This document shows positions 1-12,729 of a DNA stretch of 64,000 nt, in pieces. This DNA comes from Phoronis australis (Eukaryota; Animalia; Phoronida). The DNA lies in contig NMRA01000352.1 in the NCBI GenBank assembly GCA_002633005.1, forward strand, positions 340,356-404,355. The letters run 5' to 3'. The notes beneath the pieces are model-generated. The model did not search any database. It was not told where the DNA came from and saw only the letters and a program-made list of their open reading frames with translations. The translations under genes were made by a program, and so were the position numbers. Positions within the stretch are counted from its first letter, which is position 1, and each line of letters opens with the position of its first letter.

Positions 1-1014
1 CATAAACCAGCCAAAGTTCAGTGGAAACTAAACTTCCAGTCAAGAAAATACTATACTAGTGAGCCAAAGTAATGTGCATGTGATTATGTTGGTGAATTAC
101 CACGAAACTGCAAATCTACTTACTCATCGGGGACCGCAAATTCAGGTTCCGCTTTGGCCACAACACAGTCAGGGCAGAAGTTGTGCATTGACAATCATTT
201 TTTGAGTAATGTAAATGTAAATAAAGATTCCCCTAACACCTGGACGTGGGATGGAAATCGAGTTGTTTCATCACAACAGTTTCTGCCAGCAAACACTAAA
301 TTAGCTGAGCTCACACGGCCTCGGTGTCCCGTCAATTAGTTTTATTGCACCTAAAGCCGGTAACGCAGTGATTTATTCATTGCTGGCTTCTCAAATCATT
401 TGCACTCACGAACCCTCCAAAGGCATTACAAATTGATCTAATGAGACTGACTTTGTTTCAGTTTTATATAAGTATTGGTTAGGTGAGAATAATTCATTTT
501 GAAACAGAACGCTCAGTAATAAACGCCAACATGGCAACTCGCAATCCCGACTTAATTAGGACGAGCTAGAGCTCATCAGTCCCGACTTCGCAGGTGGATC
601 GTTAAGTTTTACAGGCTATCAATTCGAACAGGAATACAGTGATGAAGAAATACTAGAGAGGCGCCGTGAACAAGCTCAGACAACGGAGCGTGTGGAGTTA
701 TTTGGTAAGCCGGCATTCGTCGGGCACTGTTGACGTCTGCAGGCCACAGAAACGGAGCTGTTTCACAGCCTCACACTTGCTATTTACAGCGTACATTTCA
801 TTCTTCACTACCATGAGCCACTTCTTAAACATTTCGGACTCTCGAGAAAGTAAAAAAAAACGATATATCCGCTTTCCTCGCAGCTGCTTAGTTCGGACAA
901 GCGGGAACGATGCACCGCAACATAGCGACATTCACTCTGCATATGAACCACCGATGTGGCTATAGACCGATTAAGACGGCAAAAAAGATTAATTAAATCG
1001 GGTGGCATTCTCCT
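1..1014. mobile_element. Right part of a degenerate Kolobok-like DNA transposon (left end probably outside the window), inside a GOLT1 intron
   Basis: Ends ...GGCATTCTCCT|TTAA (TTAA at 1015-1018; AGGAG terminus read on the minus strand), the same end type as the 54726-56159 element. The + strand at ~560-704 reads ...TGYQFEQEYSDEEILERRREQ... followed by a GTAAG donor. The minus strand at ~125-300 has THAP-like scraps (RFP, SMHNF-x-PDC, FAVP). Confidence 0.55.
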
Positions 1015-1299
1015 TTAACATGTTCAGTTTGTGCTGTCTCATTCTATTCAGATGATGGAAGCGAGTACCCTTTTAGACACGTATGCCACTCGGCGAAGCT
1101 GTTGGCATTTTCCAAATATATGCCCTACAGTTTGCGTAGATTATAAATTTGCAGTACAACTTGATACCAGGTTTACCTTAAATGAAACAGCTTTTGCTGT
1201 CTAGCTATCTGTGGTTATTACCTTTTATTCCATCTATAATTCTGGGGCTGGTGCAGTGGCTTGGTAGCTCAACTGAAACATAAAAGTTGTTGCTTAAAA

Positions 1300-1503
1300 A
1301 AATAATTTGCAGGTGGTCCAGTACATGTACCAGACGTGCGTAGGCTGCTCATGGCTGGCTCAGTGCACTAATCACGTGGAACCATTCTTATGGTTTATTA
1401 ATACAATGTTAAAAACCGAGCTAAGGCGCTACAGACTTGACTCAAGGGTCTAGCAGTGTGCCCCAGTGGGAAGCAGACGCTTAGCTCATTAGGCCACACT
1501 GCC
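1300..1503 (-). mobile_element. Possible tRNA-derived SINE remnant
   Basis: Minus strand starts GGCAGTGTGGCCTAATGAGCTAAGCG (A-box-like), with a degenerate B-box-like GAGTCAAGTC about 50 nt downstream. No intact cloverleaf. Confidence 0.3.
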
Positions 1504-2098
1504 TATGGCTTGCTTGCAACGCTGAATGCAGTCGGCAAAGGATTCCTTTTTCAACACCTGGCCTACGAAGAAGAAGTTAATTTTCACCACTTACTTTGTT
1601 TCTGGGGTGAGAACTAATTCATGAGCTTGGAAAAAGCGGTGTTATTTGTTAATGCTTTGAGACCAGCCTGCCATTTAGTAACACTTGGACTTCGCTAGAA
1701 CGCAAGACTTTGCAAGATTACTTGAGATATTGCCGTGTATTTTAAATAAAAGAACGTGACTTCGGCTAGATTTTAACGAGGATGTAGCATAGGTCCTTAC
1801 TGAGAGACTCTAGGTTCTAGTGTAACTGAACGCAAAGCTGATTCAGTAAGTTGATTTGAAACAGCCGGCCATTTTATTCACCAAGCATGGCCTCAAGCAA
1901 TAATGACCGTTCTTCTCAAGTCTCTCAGTAAGGAATAAGGTGATGCCGATCTATTTTTGTCAAGAATCAAGACCAAGTTTTCATCTAACCTTGAGTCATT
2001 GCTGCTTTGCTTTATCTGTTACAGTTAGTTGCAGTGGTAAATTCCTATTATAATCCACTATTGTGTCAGTGTCTAATTGTTGCTGTTTTCTGTTTTAG

Positions 2099-2180
2099 TG
2101 GTTTCATCCCAGTGGCCATCAACTTCCTCAGGAGGGTACCCATTGTTGGATCATTACTCAACCTGCCAGGCATCAGCTCA
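2099..2180 (+). CDS. GOLT1: GOLT1/Got1 vesicle transport protein, penultimate coding exon
   Basis: Acceptor tgttttAG at 2097-2098, donor GTAAGT at 2181. Encodes GFIPVAINFLRRVPIVGSLLNLPGISS, which closely matches the GOT1B C-terminal motif as I recall it (GFFPVVVGFIRRVPVLGSLLNLPGIRS). Confidence 0.9.
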
Positions 2181-2992
2181 GTAAGTTTTGAGCTAGCCTG
2201 CTTTAATAACCATTTATTGTATTTAGTATAGACCAGAAATAAAGACGCAAAATGGCAATGAGCCGGGATCTAATCTTTGTATTCGAAATTGATTGAAGTC
2301 AGAATTATTTCTGACATTTGCTATTTTACGTTTGTGCAAACTCATGGTCAATTGTCGGATATTCTGTGGTGAATTGGCAGGGATGAAACAAATTTTTTCA
2401 TTCACAGACATCTTGAAATGTACAACAATGACAAAATGACAGGATCATGGTCACATAGAATTAATAAAATGCTGAAAGATATCCCACTTCATAAATCCAT
2501 ACAAGAATGCTGAACACTGTCCACCAATTACACTGTCGCCGTCTTGAGACTAGGTATGTTTCAGCATGCTGCCGCTATATTGGAAAATGGCTATTTATCT
2601 TGTGTCACTAGATGGGAACCAAGTTTTCGTCGGACAAATTTCAGTGCCACCTGCAGCTCCCTTGTAATGTGGTTGAAGATTTAAAGTCGCTGAATTTTAA
2701 AGTGTTGTTCATTGAAGCACTTCCTTTTAGAGATATATGTAGTGTTTGGTGGTCCAACTAAGTGGAGGTTGAAGTTCTTATTGAGGCAATTTCAAGTGCC
2801 AAAAAGAAAGTGCTGTCAGTTGTGTCTATTATTTGCTGTCAACCTTGCTGTTGGTACTTGTGCACTCTGAAGGGGAATACAACTGCACATTCAGATTCTT
2901 AAATGCACATTTATTTGATCATTTAGAACCATCAAGACACAGTTAAATTCTTCCTTTTATATACAGTTCATTTTGTTCTTTTTTATTTGCAG

Positions 2993-3034
2993 ATTGTGAA
3001 CAGGCTGGCTGGAGAGTCAGGATCAATGGTTTAA
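2993..3034 (+). CDS. GOLT1: GOLT1 last coding exon (IVNRLAGESGSMV*)
   Basis: Polypyrimidine tract and acceptor ttttatttgcAG at 2991-2992. Phase 0, matching the upstream donor. The peptide parallels the GOT1B end (FVDKVGESNNMV). Stop TAA at 3032-3034. Confidence 0.85.
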   Translation: MVNRLAGESGSMV

Positions 3035-3555
3035 CAGTGTCCCCTGTGATGAAAATGTGAACAACTGGATTGTTACTAGAGCCCTCTTGTGATGCAGAGG
3101 TGAACAACTTGAACTGGATTATACAGTGTTTATATTTGATACAAGTTGGTTGCGTCATTGCTGAAGTTCTGCTGAAGATCTAAAACGCAAGATCAGGTTG
3201 ACCTGGTTTCAAACCTGTGATTTGCTCCATTAATCTCATTTTTCAACTGGAGCAAAATGATCCCCATTATCCAGTTTTCTCAGTGCTTTCATAAAGGTCC
3301 TTGTTAGAATGAATACTACACGTGGTTCATTCACTTGTTCAGATCATTCAGTGGCTGGTGCGTATGATTCACTGACCCATGCAGATGATTCATTGTTTTC
3401 TGTGAATGATTCATGTTTCAGTGGCTGGTGCTTATCATCCATTGGCTCACGCATGTGATTCAGTGTTTTGTACAAATGATTCGAGGACTCGCACCTATGA
3501 ATGTCTGATATACATGATTCAGATAATTACAAAATGTCAGGTGTTTCTATATGTA

Positions 3556-3561
3556 AATAAA
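3556..3561 (+). terminator. Probable GOLT1 polyadenylation signal
   Basis: AATAAA about 520 nt after the stop, followed by T/GT-rich sequence. Confidence 0.55.
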
Positions 3562-3789
3562 GTTTTATCAATCCTTACTCGAATTTTGAATGTTTTTGTG
3601 GTCCTGTTGAATGATCATTGCAGTGTGCCAGTGTTCTGTTACCTTTCACTGATCAAACCCACCACTATAATGATTGTTGACATTAGCTGATTTTTTCACA
3701 AATGGGTAATTTTTTCGTTTTCACCATTTGCTTTAATGAAACTGATATCTTTTTCCTTACTCCAATTAGATGTGATTTCTAAGCTTGAG

Positions 3790-3918
3790 TTGAACTGGCA
3801 GATACATTGTAGTCATTGCTACAGACCTGGTCCAATAATGTAGACTAGTTCTAGTCACTGAATTGAACTGACAGATCTACAGACCAGGCCCAATAATATA
3901 GACCAGTTATAGTCACTA
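3790..3918. repeat. Diverged two-copy tandem repeat (~60-70 bp unit)
   Basis: CTACAGACCTGGTCCAATAATGTAGACTAGTTCTAGTCACT recurs as CTACAGACCAGGCCCAATAATATAGACCAGTTATAGTCACT. Confidence 0.75.
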
Positions 3919-5785
3919 AGGTAGTTGGGCTTTAGGATGAATTTATTGGATGTGGCATAAGTCATTTCAATTATCAAAGGCTAATATTGCGATGGTGTTT
4001 GTGAAGAACGTACACCAGGCAAGAAAGTTTATGTTTTTAATGTGGTGGAAAACGGACTATAGGCGCTAGTGGCTTTGAAGTCTGAAAAATACTCTCTCAG
4101 CAGACAGATTGTTATTAGAACTCTATGAAACCCATAATGTTTGTGACCAAGAGCGTATTTTTAAGAAAAAATGTTATAAAACTATTTTATATTTGATGGT
4201 AGGTAAGGTTAATAATTTTAGAACATTTTTATCAGGACTATACTGAAATACCCGTTGGCAGGCCCACCTGTACATTTGCACCAGTACCCAGTGATTTAGA
4301 AATATTTTCTGAAATTGGATCCTTGTACTGGTATGTTGGAGCTAGAATTATAGTAAGCGATAAGCATATCAAGAACTCGGGGGAGGTAAATGTTATTGGG
4401 GGCATGGATATTTCAATGTCCTCAAGCTCAAATGTTACTCGTTTACCACGAGCGTGTATAAGCTCATAGGTACAGAGGCACCTGTGGCTGTCTCGGCAGA
4501 GTACCAGTATGTCTATATTGGATATGGTATTCGGAGGTATTGTCCATTTTTATATTTTCCAGTTCAGTGTGAATCAACGGATAAGCCATGTTTCAGTCAC
4601 CCATAAAGTTTTGGTCGGGTGTTTGACGTACAGAGCATGCCGCTAATAAAGGCCTAATTTACATTATGTCGGCATGATTAGCCAGGTATAACCCGTGGTA
4701 TTAAAAAGACAAGAACAGCAGTCATTAAAAAGTCTTGTACAGGTTCACATGTCATATGATCAAAAGGCAGACCAAATCCGCTACCTTAAGAACAAAATCA
4801 CTCGTGGAGCTCGTCAGAAATTTGATCTCTCCTCTAATTGTCGACGGAGCCCTAATTAGACTGCATGTGGCAGATCTACTTTCTTTCAACTTGAGAAGGT
4901 TGCATTTCAATGGCGTAATGGTGTGGATAGACTCTGAACGCCCCTGGTGATTCCAGACACTTAAAGTCTGCGCGTCTGACTACCCGTGAGACTTTGTCAT
5001 CAAGCCTATGTCAGACATTGGTGACGTTATGGGCGTTTGACTGGGCTTCAGTTCAGATGACTGCTTTCTGATGAAAATTCCACGTCTGAACGCATTACTA
5101 GTCGACAGAAACATTGCGCTCCCCTTTTCCGGGGTGGATTACTGTAGTTCCCCCTGTCGGTCTACATGGCTGAGAAATGGAAATACCCTTTACTCTTTCA
5201 ATATCGGTGTCATAATGTTCTTTATCGTGATGGGATTCCATTTCAAAATTATTGAACCATCAGCATGTACGGGGCATTCCGGTTACTCGAGTTGGTGACT
5301 GTTCTATCGGCACGGTAAAACCGATTTTAAGTGTCGGCTAACGACGTAGCAGAAATAGTATATGCTACGGCCCGCGCTCACAGCCTTTTAGAGTCTTCAA
5401 TATACCCGGTACCATGTTCTAAGCCTATATAGAAGCACTGGCCTCAGCCAAAGATGCGAACCCGATTTCATTACCGAGTTTTTTGGCGGGGCCTCACTTA
5501 TTAAGCGATCGTTCAAAGAATAGATGTCCCGCTTTCAATTCTTTTAATATTTGAAAGTACTTAAAAGTGCGCACACAAAAACCTCGGGTCGCGAAAAAGA
5601 CTCACAAAAAGTCGCCAGGCATACCTTGAACTTTTAACCATCTCTTGAATTCCCAAGTGACTGTGAATGACTTAAAATGGCCGCGAGAGCGGCAAAATCT
5701 GTAAAATAATACGTTTAAATTTGTATTAAAGGCCTCTGAACAAAAAAATTAATCAGGCACATTTGCACACACAGTCAACCCATTT

Positions 5786-7103
5786 AAGAGTTGTTCTCGT
5801 CTTTTAAAGGCAGAATATACATATTTAACAACAGATATATCTAATGGATTAGCTAGCAGGCGTATCAGTTATACAGTGAGTTGGATGCTTCCATTGAACT
5901 TTCTTCATAAAACGTAACCTACTTTCACAGTATCCCTTGCAAATCAGCAACATTAAGTGGTATTCATCCTCTACAAGAATATCATTGCAAATCAAACATA
6001 GTCTGTTATAATATTCTGTTTTCTGGTGTCTACCCACTTCCACTTGTTGTCTATCGTGGTTGGAGCAACGTAACCGAGTAAACGCTTGAATAAGACTATT
6101 ATGTAGCGGTAACTTAAAATATGATTCAAAACAGTACAAAGTCTTAACGTTACAGTAGTATTTAAGTTTTTCATTATGCTCAATTTCTGATCGCCAACCT
6201 TTCTCATAGCAGTCATTAACTCTTTGCACGAAGATTCTTAAAAACGAGACTTCGCACGTGACACCTTGATTCAACCAAATTTCATAAAAACCGTATTTTG
6301 ATACCAATTGTCTTACAGAAGATACCCAAGTATTTCTCCCATTCCGATCTAAATCAGCTAACATGTCATAATCCGCTTTAGCGTATTTAGCTAGTAGGTG
6401 GCATTTTCAATAACTTTAGCCAATATTTCACATAGAGCGGATAAATTCCACATTGACCTAACACAGTTGTGTTTGAGCAAGAATTTCCAACTCCATGAGC
6501 AATTTTACAAAATTTAACATATAAGTTTTCAAGCCATTCAAATTCTTTGAATCCCCATATTTCCGCACCGTAGCACATAGTTGGCACAGTAATTTTATCA
6601 AACAGTTCAAGTGATAGGCCTCAATGATAATTCCGGTGCACCGGTTTCTAACTTTACAGATAGACATAGCAGCTTTACTCAGTACCTTCACGTGCCAGAG
6701 TTTTAGTGGCTTTGGACCAAACTAATCTTGGTGAAAAAATATTCCAAGATATTTATATTGGAAGGCAACCTCCACTACTTAATTGCCATAATACCACTTC
6801 TCATACGCTCTGAGTGGCCCGCCATTTCTAAAAACAATGATGTTTTTTCACATTTACACTCATGCCCCAAGAAGAGCAATAATCATAAAGGCAGTTTAAC
6901 ATTCTTTGCAAATTAATTTGAGTGCTCGAACACAGAACCTTGTCATCAGCATACAACAGCGATTTGACTTCCGGCGCCTCTTCATTGATATAAATCCCTG
7001 TAATATTTTGGGCATTATCTAGGACTTCGATCAATTCGTTCAGATACATGATGAACAATAGTGGGCTGATCATACACCCTTGTCTGGTGCCGACAGAACA
7101 AAT
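5786..7103 (-). mobile_element. 5'-truncated, frameshifted non-LTR retrotransposon (RTE-X-like ORF2: RT and C-terminal region)
   Basis: Motifs GTRQGCMISPLLF, LLYADD, YKYLGIFF, CYGAEIWG and RLRCSNH..VEVGRH...C..C...VEDEYH...C..Y, ending VKYVYSAFKRRE, spread over several frames. Confidence 0.9.
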
Positions 7104-8409
7104 CTGCAAAACATATGCGCAAAATATATATATTTGACTCAAAGATAGCATAGCTAATTGGCATAAGCGCGATGCCTCTGACTGGTAGTGTGTGAATTAT
7201 CCTGAAATGGTCCAATTCAATCACTAGCGTCCAAAGGACACGTTGTCTCATCATCACTGCATGTACGGAAACGGTTTCAGTCCCTGCTTGCCTTATCTCA
7301 CTGAGAAATGAAAATTACACAATCATATTTTGCTTTTGTTTTGAGATAATCGTTATTGTATGAGATTTGAATATGTAACCCGCGCTTCGACTTGTGCTAA
7401 GGGTCCTCCGATTACTTAATCCGGCCGAGTAAAAGGCCTAATTCGAATTTCATTTTTGAGCCACGGCTCAACAGTGAGAAAAGCAGTTTTAATTTGATTT
7501 TGTTTTCTGCACGTCAGCAGCGCCACTGTGGCATGTCATATTTTCCCTCTTCTCGATAGATGTCGCGTTAAATTATACGCGACAACCCAACGCGCGTTTT
7601 GGTACTGAATGCGGCGTTACCAAACATTGAGCCTGTTTGTGCAAACTCTCCGCATCCAAAGTAGACAATGATCGTTTAACAAGCGAAGTTTTCTCCAACC
7701 TTTAACTTGCGCCACTCGGATGTTACTTCTCGAAATTGAAAACATGAAAGGGAGTAGACTGTGAACATTACAACTATGATTCTCGGTGTAATTTTAGAAA
7801 CTGGTACTTCCCGATGTTCTGAATGACAAATTTCTTGGAACCAGGCGTATGTTTAATAGTGTCTTAAAATGCACTGAGATTCCACTCACAGACCTTGATT
7901 TTTCAGTTGAAGTAGACCTGAGACGTTCCAACCAGCGTGTAATTCCGCATAGAATCGCATTTTCATAAGGCCCTTAGGCCCTTGTACATATATGCAAAGC
8001 TGCGTCTATATCCTTAGGTGCATGCGCCTATAAGTGCAAAAGACTTAGGAAACAAAAAACAAAAGAGCGAGGAAAACCTCGACTTATCCGCCACAAAACA
8101 GTGGTATTTGCGTGTATTCAATTTATCTGAACACAAAGTGTTTGAACGAAGGAAAGACACAACGAAAACACACCATTACTTCATGAGCATACACAGGAGA
8201 TAGCCCCCCCCCCCTCCCCACCACCCACGAAATATTTATGCAGTGTTCTAGGAAAATAAAAGAAGAAAAAGCATCACGCTTCAATACCCGCGTGGCGATA
8301 GCGACTGAGTTTTAAACTTTACACACTCAGATATAAACTGAAGGACTTTAAAGCCACTAGGCCTTAAAAAATAACGAATTGGTGGAAAATTAAATGTCTA
8401 TGAATAAAA

Positions 8410-9168
8410 CACCGTGCTTCCCCTCAGTCCGCGCGCTGGAAGGCTTGCCGCGCACAAATTTCTTTTCTCTCGCGTCGTCATTACCCTCTTGCGGACGCAC
8501 ATTCCTCCTCCAGGCTGTTTTTTTTTTATCTCGCGGATATATTACTTTGCTCCCGTACTCTATTTCCTTTCCGCGAAAGCTATTCTATACCCTCGGACGG
8601 CGTTCCCTTTTCTCGGGAAAATTGGCATGACCTGATATGAAGTCTCCATTCACAAATTAAATTTCTGGACACGTTTTCGCAAATTTTCGATAATTTGTTT
8701 TAAAATTTGTTTTAAACAGAATCATTTCACAACCACTGCCTTTAAGCTAGGGAAATGAAAAAGTCAAATGTTCAGATACTGACATTGTTTGATAAGGATG
8801 CAGTGAAGATGCTATTGAATTAACTTTGCGCTCAACAGTCCATGTCAATTGTCCTCGTGATCCCGTGAGCTCGAGAATTGCTATCAGTATTATCAATAAC
8901 TTTTGTAATGACACTCGATAAACTAGGTAAAATTCACAGTATGTAGTAAGAGAACGACTATTCCCATTTGCTTTTACGATATTCAAATAATTCATTGAAA
9001 AAATAAACAGTAAATGTAGTTCCGCGGCAGCTCGATCGACGAGTCCATGAGCAAAGAGAGCAAAGAAATATGTCCGCGAGACGGGAAAAGTGGTCCACGA
9101 GAGGGGAATAGCGTGCTAGAGAAAAGAAATTTGTGCGCAGGCTGTGTAAGCACCGTGCGGGCATGAAA
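8410..9168. mobile_element. Fold-back/MITE-like element with ~130-bp diverged inverted arms
   Basis: GCGCACAAATTTCTTTTCTCT and TCTCGCGGATATAT..CTTTGCTC (~8450-8552) are mirrored on the minus strand at ~9049-9140. Confidence 0.7.
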
Positions 9169-9649
9169 GTCTAGATGCCTTGTTGAAGCATATTATTCAC
9201 AAAAATTGTTCGTGGCTTTCGATTTCTTCTCGAAATCCTTGTAACGTCGGAACTAATTTAGGTTCATAGCGATACGTTTTTTCTTTTGCCCTTCGACCCA
9301 CGCCCCCATACGTGATCGTCCATGAACGAACGTCTCTGATAGTACATTTCCAACTATTTTTCTAAAAGTGTAATTTGTCTACACACGGACAAAAGAATAT
9401 CAAATACCTGGGCAACGTTTTACAAGACAATTTTCCATTCCATTTGGCAATTAACACCTAAACGTATTTATTTTCATTTGGCAAAGCTCCGGTGCCACCT
9501 AGTAAGTTACCATTGTTGTTATCCAGGCAACGAACAGAAAACTATTGTCCTGTGCGGCTGATGTATGTTTTTTTTTCGAATATCTCCATGCAAATCAGTT
9601 TACTCTGACTGTAGAGTCATTAAAATCGTTTTCAGTTTTACACAACACC

Positions 9650-9750
9650 AGGTCACACGTGCTCAGCCGGGTTGACTGTCATTCACACACACACCAAATC
9701 AATACCTCGATATGATTGGCCAGTTGGGTCGGTAACTTTATTCAGTATAC
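9650..9750 (+). promoter_or_regulatory. Candidate distal Onecut promoter (P1)
   Basis: CACGTG at 9656, ATTGG (reverse CCAAT) at ~9715 and Inr-like TTCAGTAT at 9741-9748. CpG-rich and upstream of a strong donor at 9921. Confidence 0.5.
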
Positions 9751-9865
9751 CATTCATTAGAACATCAACCTCGTCTGTGGTAAAATACCGTCCGTCTCAC
9801 TCTATCGCAACCACCTCTCCGTACCGTTCCATCTTTCTCGAATCGCCATCGTCAGGAAACGTCAG

Positions 9866-9920
9866 ATGTCGTACCTGACAAGATGTCCGCCCAGCGTTGG
9901 ACGGTATCACCATCATCCAG
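9866..9920 (+). CDS. ONECUT: Candidate Onecut first coding exon 1a (MSYLTRCPPSVGRYHHHP-G)
   Basis: ATG at 9866, then 18 codons plus 1 nt, then the consensus donor CAG|GTAAGT. The phase-1 G joins GC at 19325-19326 to form Gly in frame with ATG 19327. Confidence 0.65.
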
Positions 9921-11549
9921 GTAAGTGTAGCTTGATGCACGCGCGTGCGCGTGACATTGCACTCTACGGCATGTCTACCGTTTGCGCGGTGTGGTCTAGC
10001 CGGTGCGAACTCGGATATCCATAATCGTTAATTTGATTAAGAGCCGCATCAACTGTTTTACTACCGTCTAATTATTCTGTCAGTCAGTTGAATGATTGCG
10101 ATCAGTGTTGTATTTTATGAGGTATTCCTGCAGCGAACGCACGCGGTAGACTTGGCGATGGTTAGGTGTAGAGAAACTTTTCGACGGCTACAGACCGGTA
10201 CGAGCGGCGACCACTGCTCGTATTTTCATTACGTCCGGTTCCCACTCTGGTCGAGTGAAAAGCTTCATTTCCTTGTTAGACGCTTTAATTGCAATAGATT
10301 AGGAAGAAACAAGCGCCTTGCGTTAAAGCTGTAAAGATGGTGACGTAATTAACAGAATATCGCAGATGTCTTGAGAAATACCGTACGAATATCCAAAGGT
10401 CCTTCTGAGTAAACAGAAATACTTGTCATCAGCTTTAAAATTCGCATGATAATTTTATGAGATTTCCAGAATTAGTTTTTGGTTTAAGCATGCCGGATAA
10501 TTATTGACTGTTCGAACAGAAAGTAGAGACTGTTTTACTTAAAAACTGTGCATAAATTAAATATTTCACCATTTTACAAGCCTTTTCTATGGCATGCTTC
10601 ACTCGGTGACCAGCTCCGATTGGATATTTTCATGTGTTGACGTAAATTATGAAAACCCAACTTAAAGTGCCACTGAACGCAGAAAACAATGTCCCAACAT
10701 TTCCGCCTCAATCTTTATCTCAAAAATTCAACAAAATCTCCTTTTTCTGAACATGATGTATGTCTCCTGTCATTTTCCTGTTTACTGAGAAAACGGATTA
10801 TTTTCTTCACGCCGAAGAAAGTGAGTTAGTTAACGATTGCGCATGAGTTTACGCACCTACGTATAGAAAGGTTGAAACAGCAACATATGTCGTCTGACCT
10901 TGTTGTGGACCAACTGTGCACGATTATATTGGCTTCTGCGTAAACAAAATGATCGTACCGGGGAGCTAGGCCAAGGACGTCAAAAATTGTAACGTCACTT
11001 GCGAATCTGATTAGATTTTTATTAGACACTTAGATTTTTATTAGACACAGGACAGGGACCTGTAATGAATTTGTCGTCGTGAGGAACTCGTACCAAACAT
11101 TCGTAGTTTGCAGCTTGATATCTCGTACAGAAGTTTTAAGCGTCGGGTTCTGTATACAATACCTTTTGATATGTAGTTGAAAAATCACAACTCTCCACTG
11201 AATTCCAGATTTTTATATTTCACATTTTATACTCTAATGCAAAAAGCCAAGCAAATATTGGAACATGATGCTTGAAGTTCATATTTGCATTACGGTCATT
11301 GGTGTCTCTCCCGACGGTAACTAGAAGGTCATCCATGTTACTTCAATTTTGTCAAGTTCAGTGACTGTACGTACACCCAAGATATACCGATGCAAATGAG
11401 TATGAGATAAAACACCCAATCACATTGCTCTATATCGTGCCATTTTTAAGACCACTCGTCACGATCGAGGACATTGCGATAAGCCTACCCATGACGAATT
11501 GCGCAGAATGGCAGGTCCTCACCCAGGGGTTCACGTACCAATCTCTCTT

Positions 11550-11865
11550 CAGTGGCGGATCTAGGATACCATAAGGGGGGGGGTGACACTTTGCTTCGGT
11601 CAATCGCGTAAAGCACGACTGCATGCGCGCACGTAGCCTGAAATGAAGAACGGCTTGGACTTCTGAGAATGTGTGATCCTCCTTGCTGTAATGCATCCGC
11701 AAAAAAAAACGGGGACCCGCTTCCTCCATCTTTTTCAGCCGCTTCGTCATTAGCAGGCTCAATTAGGAAACTCAATATTTCCTCACGATCTTGCTGTCTC
11801 TTCCTGTTTTATTTTTGGCCGCAGCCAAGGAAGAGGGGGGGCAGGCCTCCCTAAATCCGCCTATG
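11550..11865. mobile_element. hAT-type MITE
   Basis: Termini CAGTGGCGGATCTAGG and CCTAAATCCGCCTATG (reverse complement CATAGGCGGATTTAGG), with G-runs just inside both ends. The 8-bp TSD is not preserved. Confidence 0.65.
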
Positions 11866-12729
11866 CTCATCCTGGTTAGGATCACCCTCTCTATTTGGCG
11901 GATACAAAGATACACATTAATGAGGGAGGGTACATTATAGGGTGCTGCATCACTTGAGTTTGGTCCGTGTGCGCGCACTTGCAAAAGACTGGAGTCAAAT
12001 CCTTTTGTCTGAACCTCAAATTAAACGAGAGGACTGAATGAGGGTAGGGGGTGCTTCCCCTATATCTACTCCAAGCTCCAGACTTCAAATTGAACTGAAA
12101 ATAATTTTATTGTGACATTTCCAATGAGCGCTGTACGCTGTTTTAAATATATTCTGTACTAACTAAGCTCTCTACCGTCATCTAGCAACTAGCCGTCAGC
12201 TTCATCCGCGCACGCATCGCTAGCACTCTCTAATTCCCGTAATATGCAAGCCTTCCGCTTTAGCCCGGGGTCTGCAAACCCACGATATGTACATAACATG
12301 CACGCGTCTGTTAAGACGTGCTATAATATTTGAGATTACATTAGTTCCCATTTAATCTATCTCGTACAAACAAAATTGCCTCTGTTAATTGGTATAGAGT
12401 CATGAGAGAGAGGATACGCTCTTTGTCCGCAAATCTCTCTTCTGCAATGTCTTGAACTAAAGCCGCAGAAGCCGAGAATTTCCTCCCCGGTTGGAGTCAG
12501 TATATAAGACGACTTTATAGCAAATGTCCAGTTCATAATTACCGGCTTTGCAAAAACCCACAAATTAATGTAAGTTTTATCACATATTAGGAATAAGAAC
12601 ACAAGTGATGGGAAGTGATTTCTCAGAACGGGTGGAATTTTTATTCAGTAAATAGAGCGTCAACCTCTGCGCATAGTAAAAATTAGTGAAAAGTTGTGAG
12701 TGCAATAATTGTAAGTTATTTGCGGAAGG

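Noticed and set aside
7103-7310. Minus-strand acceptor-like ttttgcAG at the 5' truncation point of the LINE (possible exonisation)
   Set aside because: No convincing upstream donor, and the RT frame is broken soon after. Probably coincidence.
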